64,000 bases of DNA from Rebecca billardiae RCC1528 (taxonomy: Eukaryota > Protista > Haptophyta): positions 3,410,001 to 3,474,000 of the forward strand of contig OZ251225.1 of NCBI GenBank assembly GCA_965240325.2, in the 5' to 3' direction. Both the position numbers and the translations under genes were made by a program. Below the pieces are notes generated by a model. The model was not told the origin of the DNA. It saw nothing but the letters and a program-made list of their open reading frames with translations, and searched no databases. Within the stretch, counting starts at the first letter, position 1, and every line of letters starts with the position of its first letter. Below are positions 56,301-64,000 of this stretch, in pieces.

Positions 56301-57828
56301 CTGGCTGCCACACGCACGAGACGGCGAGGACGGAGACGACGGAGGTGACGAGCGCGCCACGCCACGTCTCGGCGTCGAAGTCCGCGCGGTGCAGCGCGAC
56401 GCTCCACAGCGTGTCCCCGAACGGGATGTGGAAGAAGGCGAGCAGGAAGAACCAGAGGAAGCCGTCAATAAAAAAGAAGGCTGACACCTTGAGCACGAGC
56501 GCGCGCTCAAACTCGCGCTCGGTCCGGTAGTTCTCCCACCGGTTGAGCGCGACGGCGAGGCGCATGAAGAGGCCAAAGTTGAGCAGCTCGACAAGGCAGC
56601 CCCACAGCAGCGAGAGCCCCGTCACCAGCGCCGACTTCACCAGCCGGTAGTGCGGCGAGAGGTGGATGGCGATCCAAGCAACGTACAGGGCAAACACGAT
56701 AGCCGTGAGCAGCAGCAGCTGCGTGAGCAGCACGGGCACCGTCACGCACAGCTTGAGCGAGCGGCGCCAGCGCACGTCGCGCAGCTCCTCGGCGCCGGTG
56801 AGGCGCGAGAGCACCCGCTGCCCGCGGAAGTCCGCGCGCACGCGCTCCGCCGGCGCGTTGGGCGGCAGCACGCCGTGGCCGCCCACGCGCGCCGGGCACA
56901 GCTCCTCCACTCGCCAGAGCGCGGCGAGCTCGCGCTGCTGCAGCCGCCACGACTCGAGGAAGGCGGTGGCCCAGAGCGAGATGCCGAGGCCGAAGAGCGG
57001 CTGCGCGATGGCGTGCGCGCCCGGCCACACCCACTTGAGCAGCCGGATCCCCACGCCCGCCGCCGCCGGCGCCGCCAGCCCGGCGGTGTAGTGGGTGGCG
57101 AACGCGAAATGGAACGCGACCTTCTCTCCGTGCACGTTGCGCAGCGCGTGCAGCTGGTGCGCGCGCAGCCGCCAGTGGCGGCAGAGGTGACGGACGAGCG
57201 AGGCGTTGAACGCGCGGTCGTGCACCGCGAACGGCGGGCACGCGAGCGCCAGCGCGCCGCCGTGCGAGCGTGACAGCTCGGCGCGGATGGCCGCACACAC
57301 CTCGGTCAGCACAGGCTCTGCGAGCGCGACGCGCCGGGCGGGCGTGAACGCGCTGTGCTCGAGCGAGGCGGCGCTGGGCACGAACTCTGCGCCGCCATGC
57401 GCGCGGGGGCCCTCGCGCAGCCACGCATCCAGCTCCTCGCGCACAGCCGCCGCGCGCAGCAGCTCGAGGCTCGGTCGGAGGAGCAGCAGCGCCGAACGCT
57501 GGCCCTCAGATGCGACCGCAGCCGCGGCCGAGCCGGCGCCCACACCACCCGCGAGGCCGAGCTCCGCGGAGGCGCCTTCGTCCTTCACGAGCTCGAAGCC
57601 GGCCTCGCGCAGCCGCGTGACCACCGTCTCCAGCGCCTCGTCCGCACCCGCCACCCGCGTCGGGCCGAAGAGGCGCGCAAACGAGAGGAAGTTCTTGGCG
57701 CGCGCAAACGTCGAGCCGGACGTGTCGTCGAGGATCAGTGCGAAGTCCGCGACGGCGCCGTCGGCATCCGCGCCATCGGCGCAGGCGGCGACGCTGATGG
57801 ATCGCGCGTAATGCCGCTCAGCGAACAT
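53392..57828 (-). CDS. anoctamin/TMEM16 family protein with two C-terminal IPT/TIG domains and CAAX box
   Basis: LRNVHGEKVAFHFAF, LNRWENYRTEREFE..LVLK, QFGYATVFTVVWPLAP..EIR..QRP, AEH..LK; IPT motifs VSPASAPVRGGTVVTLAGEGF and LRPAKGGSGGGTPVRLLGARF...VQLSLNGQQF; ends CAIL*. Confidence 0.88.
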   Translation of the reverse strand: MFAERHYARSISVAACADGADADGAVADFALILDDTSGSTFARAKNFLSFARLFGPTRVAGADEALETVVTRLREAGFELVKDEGASAELGLAGGVGAGSAAAAVASEGQRSALLLLRPSLELLRAAAVREELDAWLREGPRAHGGAEFVPSAASLEHSAFTPARRVALAEPVLTEVCAAIRAELSRSHGGALALACPPFAVHDRAFNASLVRHLCRHWRLRAHQLHALRNVHGEKVAFHFAFATHYTAGLAAPAAAGVGIRLLKWVWPGAHAIAQPLFGLGISLWATAFLESWRLQQRELAALWRVEELCPARVGGHGVLPPNAPAERVRADFRGQRVLSRLTGAEELRDVRWRRSLKLCVTVPVLLTQLLLLTAIVFALYVAWIAIHLSPHYRLVKSALVTGLSLLWGCLVELLNFGLFMRLAVALNRWENYRTEREFERALVLKVSAFFFIDGFLWFFLLAFFHIPFGDTLWSVALHRADFDAETWRGALVTSVVSVLAVSCVWQPVAVVLPALLPPSAQLADARALRSGWRRFASWAMRVAQLTAAPAVVAPTAPTCADAASASDDADAASEPRSLSPCRCAFPTPPRPRPVAVAADAAAVPASAPSPPVLRSNSAPLSVFAAAHAAAYGAAAGGALQRAAPPFLAEQPSALLQPSAPGARAEAPPPFDRAPSRGDLASVGAAGPEPGVQHAPRTPQLAGGEDEERALVSQLPLRRRCRATSMCATAAEPLDAEPARPPPVRTRSRAAACSDSSCGEDDDDEDEEDDEEDDEVVGMPAGGVRDLEKAAARGRASARAGRAPPLSSGWFPRGVRGACAAGGGGAARGGACGAVGSELSSISLSLLSRLSTGGGTYQPLPRAGGVRASASADDVSVPSGGRASPPESPADRTPPRAAASRGAAHGTPSGLQQRGPRWRAAESPARARGAQDGTPPAPLPPPRAPPARRARPRRSTLQRLARAVVGLAWHGSALDEAARPPYDPFLDTARLVLQFGYATVFTVVWPLAPLLCMLCAAAEIRCAAVRLSTLSQRPIPVRVGGLGAGDSWALVLDFVAWASCLVNCAMLALATAQLDAFLPARPPGAAPRDDRFERLLVAVTAEHALLVLKWGVQAAAPDTPELLLDDARKVHAEFERKYGGATRAGGLSPTDRAVARLLPQLASVGGGGGGLGHAGALGARPTAIHGVSPASAPVRGGTVVTLAGEGFGRAVWRGQVTLWLSRGERPPSAAALPPHAIGTPIAPGSLAAVPVPAEFVSDFKLRCALPPAPHGAGMATLTIALRSEPPPAPVGTPCAGGAGGGASATEPRTPCVPGVPASHSGGNVGGGGGGGRGAHAGAHDVAGALPHGAAEAALCGSCGVAGGADAAGESRLSIGIRYYAPPLLQRLRPAKGGSGGGTPVRLLGARFADTSEITVRVVLHGVQMCVPGARISESEVRFLTPRFADAGTAVVQLSLNGQQFEEGELAYVYQHERCAIL

Positions 57829-57932
57829 CAAGGACGTCTCGGCTCACGGGCATCCGGACGCCATGCTGCGTCCGCAGGTCGGCGAGCGGCCGCGCTGCCC
57901 GCAGCGCGGGCCCATCCGCGACGACGCGGACG

Positions 57933-58487
57933 ATGGCGACCCTTCCGAGCGCCGACCTCTTGGAGCACCTGGAGATGCCGCAATGCGAGTGCCTGAACGA
58001 GGCGAAGGAGCACACGCTACACCACTGCCTCAAGCAGGGCCTACGAGATCAGTCGACGCTCTACCTGCAGTCGGACTGCGACGAGGAGCTCTTGATCTCG
58101 CTGCAGTTCATGTCGCCTGTGCGGATTGCGTCGATCAAGATCGAGGGCCCTGCTGACCAGGCGCCGTCGGCGATGCGATTGTTCGTGAATAAGATCGGCC
58201 TCGACTTTGACTCGGCGAAGACGGAGGCGCCGACCCAAGAGCTCAAGCTCTCCGAGGCTGACGTCGAGGAGGGCGGCAAGGCGGTGGAGCTGCGGTATGT
58301 GCTCTTCCAGAACGTGCAACGCCTCACGCTCTTCATCCCGGGTAACTTTGGAGGCGGCGACGAGACGGTGATCACAAAGCTGGTGCTTCTCGGCACACCA
58401 ATCGTGCACGAGGGGCTCAAGCGCTCCAAAGACGAGCAGGACAAGGCGACCAAGGGCGACTGGCTGGGCTCCGGCGGCGTGGCGTGA
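57933..58487 (+). CDS. PITH domain protein (TXNL1 C-terminal-like)
   Basis: QCECLNE, YLQSDCDEELLI, LFVN..LDFD, LRYVLFQNVQRLTLFI..N.GG.DET.I. Confidence 0.9.
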   Translation: MATLPSADLLEHLEMPQCECLNEAKEHTLHHCLKQGLRDQSTLYLQSDCDEELLISLQFMSPVRIASIKIEGPADQAPSAMRLFVNKIGLDFDSAKTEAPTQELKLSEADVEEGGKAVELRYVLFQNVQRLTLFIPGNFGGGDETVITKLVLLGTPIVHEGLKRSKDEQDKATKGDWLGSGGVA

Positions 58488-58840
58488 GTTGCCATCGGAG
58501 TTCGGACTGTTGACAGATGACTTGACACTTGTCAGTACTACGTCGGAAGCCTCCGATCAGACTGATCAGATCATTCCGAGCGATACAGTCTTACGCAGTG
58601 CATGTCCACAATACGGCAGGCTGATCTGCTGGCTGTGGCCAGGACGCATGAGCCGCGGGCATCCGCGCCCGCAAATAAGGCGCAATCGGCAATGCGGCCT
58701 TGCCCCCGTGCCCGTGCCCGTACTGGCGACTACTGCCCGTGGTCCGGGTCGGAAGGCGCGCGGACGCATTCTCGATGCATGTGTCTGCTCAGCTGCACTC
58801 TGCAGCTGATGAGCCTGATGACGCTTGCCCGTTGCATACT

Positions 58841-58975
58841 GTTTACTAAGAATAAGAGACGCACACAGCTCAGGCAGGCGAGATCGACGCCCGCCAACTG
58901 TACCGGTATGGGGGTATTGTCGTAGTAGTACAGTTTACTAAGAATAAGAGACGCACCATAGCTCAGGCAGGCGAG
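58841..58975. mobile_element. two direct copies of a dispersed ~42-bp element (putative Tc1/mariner-type terminal sequence); inverted copies at 17695-17751 and 40931-40962
   Basis: GTTTACTAAGAATAAGAGACGCAC..AGCTCAGGCAGGCGAG at 58841-58882 and 58933-58975; the second is preceded by TACA, giving TA|CAGT. Confidence 0.55.
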
Positions 58976-58994
58976 TAGTCGTCGTGAATCCACG

Positions 58995-60146
58995 ATGGCA
59001 CCCGCTTTCTTCGCTCCGCCTGGATGCGCCTCTAGGGAGTGGGCTCCGCAAGACTGGGCGGCCGAGGTCATCCGCGAGTACGCAGATGAGCGTGCCACGC
59101 TACTTGCACGCTTCCAATCGCTCACGCCGGATGTGGCCGACGCCCTGGGCCTAAACGCGAGCATGCAGCAGCTGGTGACGGCGTCGGAGGCAAACGAGCG
59201 AGCGCTCAGGAGCATGCTCCGCTTGCCGCCCTGCGTGCACGCTCTTAGCATGGCGGACACGCCTTTCGTGCCACGTAGCGCTGCATGTGGCCGTCGAGGC
59301 GATGCGGGCACCGCGTACACGCGAGCGCGCGACGTGCTCTCGCTCTTGGTCCGCGACTGGGGCCCAGACCCGGCAGCGCGAAGACTCGCCGCTCAGCTCG
59401 TCGGGCTCCTGACACGCTTCCTTCCGCCGGCGAGCTCGCACGTGCATGTGCCCGCTGCAGGTGCTTGCGGTCTTGCGTACGCACTCGCCGCTCGCGGCTT
59501 CCGTGTTGATGCCAGCGACGCTTCCCTGCCGGTGCTCGCAGCAGCGTACTCTGTGCTGAGCGGTGCACGCGAGCGCGTGCATCCACTCGCGCACGCGGAC
59601 GCCGATCTGTGGCGTCGAGCTGACGTGCAGCTTGGGACGCCAATACACGCACGGAGACTAGGAGGGGCTGCCCTTCGCCGCCTCACGCTGCAACCCGCGC
59701 CGTTCCCCGAAACCGTGCTTGGCAACCACATCGATGCGATCGTAACACATTTTGCCATTGATGCCTTGCCTGCATCTGTGGCCGAGACAGTCGGGCACAT
59801 CGCCAACACACTGCGCCCAGGAGGCGTGTGGCTGAACGCAGGGCCGCTGCTATATCACTCTGACTCGCAGCCGCCATTGACGCACGACGAGCTGCTCACT
59901 CTCGTGCGCCACCGCAACATGAGCGTGCGCTTGCGACGAACAGCACACGTGCGAGCCTATGATCCGGAGCCGAGGGCGGCAACACTTTTTGGCGTTCAAA
60001 GCTTTCTCGGGTTTGGAAGGCTTCTGCGAGCGCTCGTGTGCGTGGCGCAATCCGTGCGCTCCCTTCCACCTGAGGCGTGCGCGTCATCCGCGCTGATGTC
60101 CTCGCGCAGCTATGACATTGGGGTGTTTGTCGCAGTGCGCCAGTGA
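58995..60146 (+). CDS. N2227-like SAM-dependent methyltransferase (carnosine N-methyltransferase family)
   Basis: LVRDWG, VHVPAAGACGLAYALA, DAIVTHFAID, LRPGGVWLNAGPLLYH. Confidence 0.82.
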   Translation: MAPAFFAPPGCASREWAPQDWAAEVIREYADERATLLARFQSLTPDVADALGLNASMQQLVTASEANERALRSMLRLPPCVHALSMADTPFVPRSAACGRRGDAGTAYTRARDVLSLLVRDWGPDPAARRLAAQLVGLLTRFLPPASSHVHVPAAGACGLAYALAARGFRVDASDASLPVLAAAYSVLSGARERVHPLAHADADLWRRADVQLGTPIHARRLGGAALRRLTLQPAPFPETVLGNHIDAIVTHFAIDALPASVAETVGHIANTLRPGGVWLNAGPLLYHSDSQPPLTHDELLTLVRHRNMSVRLRRTAHVRAYDPEPRAATLFGVQSFLGFGRLLRALVCVAQSVRSLPPEACASSALMSSRSYDIGVFVAVRQ

Positions 60147-60302
60147 TGTATGTCACCCCTTGCTGCGCGGCATGGCTCACCGCTCAGTGGGCATCATCAG
60201 GAGTGTCACACTCGCAGACTCTCATCATAATCATACTAGCAGCCGTCGTAGACGTATTCCGTCGCCTCCCCGATGAAGGCCGAAGGGCACTGTAACTGTT
60301 AC

Positions 60303-60339
<37 letters not shown>

Positions 60340-61665
60340 ACACGGCAGCAATATAATATATATATGCTTGAAATTATTGTAATTATATATATAAGTCGTC
60401 AACGGGCCGAGTAAGCTACACGAATCGTCAGAAGACCTGCGCCGTCACCTACTGAGTCACCTACATCACATGTGGATCGTTAAATCATACGGAATGGGTA
60501 TCTATAGTCTGCGCTAACGCTATTACCCCCATATTAGTGTTATTTAATTTCGACCTAACGTATTATTGAAATTTACTGCTATAACTACTATACCTAGCGC
60601 CATGCATATTATAATACTAATATGCGCACGACGACGCCGCGACTCCGGCCGCTGGGCCGCCTGGTACCGCCCGTACTACAACTACGGAGGACGGTAGTTA
60701 GTTAGTATTGTAAATAAATACGTAACACACTCGATCGATCATGCCGCCGGGCTGCGCGCGCTGGCTGGCTGCGCCCTGCGCTGCTCATGGCCCGCGATAA
60801 CTACTGTTTGGGCCTTGTGGGCGTGGCCGGCCGCGGCGCCGGGCAGATCGACCGAGGGGCGGGTGACCGAGGCGACCGTCGACCGGCGCCGCTGGCACCC
60901 CGGCGGCCTGTGGCGCGGTCCCCGGCCCGGGGCCCGGCCGGACGGCGGCGGGTTTGACACAGTGTCGGCGTCAGTAACGTAGCCTGATGGTAGCCTGTTA
61001 CGTAATCTTGAAGTCTGACAGGCCGTCCGATGGCGTCATGCCGATGCCGATCGATGGCAGCCCCGCTCGAGCCCCGCGGCCGCGACTGGCCGACGTCGGA
61101 CCACCGCGGCGGCACCCGGGCCGGGGCAAGATGAAGAAGCCGTGCGCGGACGCGCCGGGACCTTAATACTAGTATCACTACGGTTACAGTAGTAATGCAT
61201 ATCTATATATATGATGATTGATGAGTAATTGATGTAAGCCGCGCTCCGCTCAGAGTTAGTCCGAGAGTACACGCCGTCACCGCCGCGTCCGCCGTCACTT
61301 GCTGCAAGTGACCCTACTGATATAGTGATAGTGATGAGCAGACTGAATAGTGAATACGACAGTGCCAGCAGGGCCCTGCGGGGCCGCGGGGCACGGGACT
61401 GCGCCTGGCCGTCGCTGAGAATGCGGCGACGACACAGTGGCATCAGAATAGTATTTCAGAATACTAGATAGCCGCAAGCCGGTAGAGCGAATCGGCGGGC
61501 AGGCTGCCGTGGGGCACGACTGCCTAGAAGAAAGGGGCCTGCGGTGGTTCCCTGGCAATGATCGGCGCACAGTTGGCTGCATTTGATCGCTGGAGCGGCG
61601 CGGCTCGATGTACCAAGATGGGATGTACCAGGACGGGGTCAGGCCGCCTGGACTGTTTCGTTGAG

Positions 61666-62004
61666 TCATGCCTTTGTGCTCTTCGAGCGCGGAGCCTTTT
61701 CCCTCCTCTTGAGACCATCCATCTTAACCTTGGTGATGTTCATGAGTGAGGTTGAGAAACGCTGCTGGTCCTTGGCTGGAACCAGCGTCGAGATCTTCGC
61801 CTTGCCGGCCACCGCGCGCACCAGCACCTTGCTCTCCGGCACCTGACCAGATGCCTGCTCGGCCTTGGCCTGGGCAGCACGTGACTTGCGGTTGAGTGCT
61901 CCACCAGTGTATCGCTTGGTCGTGATGTATACTGTGCCCTTGTCGCGGGTGCGGTCGAACATCCTCGTCAGCTGCGTCAGGAAGCTGTCCTGCTCGAGCA
62001 GCAT
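61666..62004 (-). CDS. SRP14: signal recognition particle 14 kDa subunit
   Basis: MLLEQDSFLTQLTRMF..GTVYITTKRY...VLVRA..GKAKISTLV...KMDGLKRREK. Confidence 0.93.
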   Translation of the reverse strand: MLLEQDSFLTQLTRMFDRTRDKGTVYITTKRYTGGALNRKSRAAQAKAEQASGQVPESKVLVRAVAGKAKISTLVPAKDQQRFSTSLMNITKVKMDGLKRREKAPRSKSTKA

Positions 62005-62169
62005 GACGGCCGTGGGCGAGCGCCCGTGGCCCACGTGCTTATGACTTTGTTTCGCGTGGTGGGCTGCCGGAATTGATGCGCGAAAAAACACGCGCGGAAA
62101 GAGCTGGCTCTCCAGCTCTCCGGATTTCGGTGCGCAGAGGTGCAGCAACAAACGACGCGGCCCAAAACA

Positions 62170-62797
62170 ATGGTGGATGCGCGTCTGGACGCGACACCCG
62201 GCCCCCGCATGCAAGTTGGGCGTGGGAGGGGTGGAGAGCGTGCGATTCGGTGTGTCGGCCCATTGCATGGCTACCGATGACCACTCCGGGCCCCGCTTGT
62301 CCCCTGCGCGCCCGCAGGTGAACGCAGGGTTTGCCCGCTTGATTGCGAACATCATGGTCATGGGCGGTGGCATCTTCGGCCGAGCGTTCATGGATGCCTA
62401 CAAGCATGCCCTGCAGAGTATGCGCAGCTCGCGCTCCGGCCATATTCATGCATTCGCATACTGCCCCGCACGGCACATGCGTGCGACGTGTTCAGATGCA
62501 TGCTCACCACGCGCTCTGCGCGGCGCCTGTTGCGCTCGCGCAGATGGTGGCACCGCGGCGCGGTCTGCGTCGAGGCGAGGTGGCGGCATCGCGGCCTCCG
62601 AGGCGAGGAGCATACTGAACGTGAAGCCAGATGCCTCGCCAACAGAGGTGAGCGAGGCGTACCAGCGGCTGTACGGAATGAACGACCCTGCGAAGGGCGG
62701 CTCTGAGTACTTGCGCAGCAAGATCCAGAACGCGCATGATCACCTCGAGGACTTGCATACGCAGGCCAAGTCGGACGGCAAGTCAGAGACCAAGTGA
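62170..62797 (+). CDS. PAM16: mitochondrial import motor subunit Pam16/Tim16; introns 62173-62317 and 62418-62543
   Basis: ARLIANIMVMGGGIFGRAFMDAYKHA; J-like domain EARSILNV...YQRLYGMNDPAKGGSEYLRSKI. Confidence 0.92.
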
Positions 62798-63224
62798 GCG
62801 CCGTGGCGTGCACGCGTCGTTCCGCTCCGGCCACTCGCGGGATTGCATGGTGTGGCTCCGCAGGACGCGTGATTCCGCCGAGGCCGCCGCTGCTCGGAGC
62901 ACTAGCCGTCTCCGGACCAAACATGACCTCTCGCCACACGGTAGGCAGGCCCTCATTTGACTGTTAACTACTGTAGCCCTTTGGCGAGGGCCAGAGCCTG
63001 GTCCAGCCGCCGACCGAACACTGCACTGCCTGACAGTCTGCTGTGGCTCAGTCACAGTGAATCAGGACTCGGCCACTCAGGAGTCAGGTGAGGCTGCGAG
63101 TGCGAGCCAGCGAGGCATGCGGTGCACACTGTCCCGGGACAGTCTGCTGTGACGAAATGAGTCAATGACGCGTGCGGGCCCAGCAGTAGCCTTTTGTCAC
63201 ACCTTGCGAGATTCCATCTCCGTG

Positions 63225-64000
63225 ATGCGCGCTTGGGCCGTGCTCGTCATCAGCGTGGTCAGCGCGGCGACCCCGCCGAACCCGCCACGTGCGGTGCATC
63301 AAAAGACGCCGCGTATTGCGACGACCAACCCGGTTCCGCGTACGGCCGCCGTCCGCGCCATCCGTGGGCTATACGACGCGTTCAACGCGCGCGACGCCGA
63401 GCTGGCGGGCTCCTTCTTGACGGATGATTGCGTGTACGAGGACCTCCTCCTTGGGCCGGCCACGGTCTGCCGGGGCAAGGAAGCGTTTGTTGGCGCATTG
63501 TCGATGCACCCCGCCTTCATCTCAGACCGCATCGTGAATAGCCTCCCCGCAGGCATGCAACGCGGGCTGCCATCTCTCTCTCTGGAGCTCGTCGTCGACT
63601 CCGTGGCAGATGGCCGGGATGCGGTCGGCGTCGAGTGGCACGTCGAGCTGGCTGGGAGCGCGATTCCTCTCGGCCGTGGTCTGACGCACGCGATCATTTG
63701 CCCTCGCACTGGCAAGATCACGCGCGTCGTGGACATCGCGGAGGCGCCATGGCGGACAGTGGGCATCGCGGTCGCACCAGTCGTGAGCGCCATCAAGCGC
63801 GTGGCCCGGCTGGGCACGTCCATTCGCAGCGCTGATCGTGACAGCGCTGCCATCGCCTTCGCGACAGTGTGGTGTCTGATCAGTGCTGTCGCGGTGAGCT
63901 CGTGGCTCTTTGGTGCGGAAGCGTCGCCGCAAGCCGACGTGGACGCCATGGAGGCAGTGGTCGAGGCCATGCCGCCACCCACGCGCACACTGCCTCTGCC
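63225..64000 (+). CDS. SnoaL/NTF2-like domain protein with signal peptide (possibly plastid), 3' end outside window
   Basis: Manual translation from ATG 63225: MRAWAVLVISVVSA...LYDAFNARDAELAGSFLTDDCVYEDL...GKEAF...VGVEWHVE...PLGRG...GKITRVVDIAE. Confidence 0.8.
   Translation, partial: MRAWAVLVISVVSAATPPNPPRAVHQKTPRIATTNPVPRTAAVRAIRGLYDAFNARDAELAGSFLTDDCVYEDLLLGPATVCRGKEAFVGALSMHPAFISDRIVNSLPAGMQRGLPSLSLELVVDSVADGRDAVGVEWHVELAGSAIPLGRGLTHAIICPRTGKITRVVDIAEAPWRTVGIAVAPVVSAIKRVARLGTSIRSADRDSAAIAFATVWCLISAVAVSSWLFGAEASPQADVDAMEAVVEAMPPPTRTLPL

Overview
This is a eukaryotic nuclear window with very GC-rich coding DNA, short GC-rich GT-AG introns (mostly GTGCGC...CGCAG) and AT-richer intergenic spacers. 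This texture, together with proteins carrying bipartite plastid-type leaders, suggests a compact-genome haptophyte such as Pavlovales (inference). About 27 genes are supported, most in head-to-head pairs with short spacers. Recognisable housekeeping genes are DHX35, an SLC25A44-like carrier, a CEP44-like protein, RPLP2, an ABC-F, VPS72/YL1, an AASDHPPT-type PPTase, Notchless, a PITH protein, a CARNMT1-like methyltransferase, SRP14 and PAM16. Glycan-modifying genes comprise two sulfotransferases and an acyltransferase-3/GT15 pair. The most unusual items are: (1) a nucleoside-hydrolase/membrane/TIR-like fusion protein, plus a second TIR/HET-like membrane protein, together a candidate nucleotide-signalling or immune system; (2) an anoctamin with a degenerate Ca2+ site, two IPT/TIG domains and a CAAX box; (3) a CNH-VPS9-GRAM Rab GEF; (4) an FLZ-like zinc finger; (5) a repeated Cys-rich module; (6) dispersed TA-CAGT transposon-like ends with apparent TACAGTA excision footprints. 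All domain calls are by motif recognition by eye; no searches were run.
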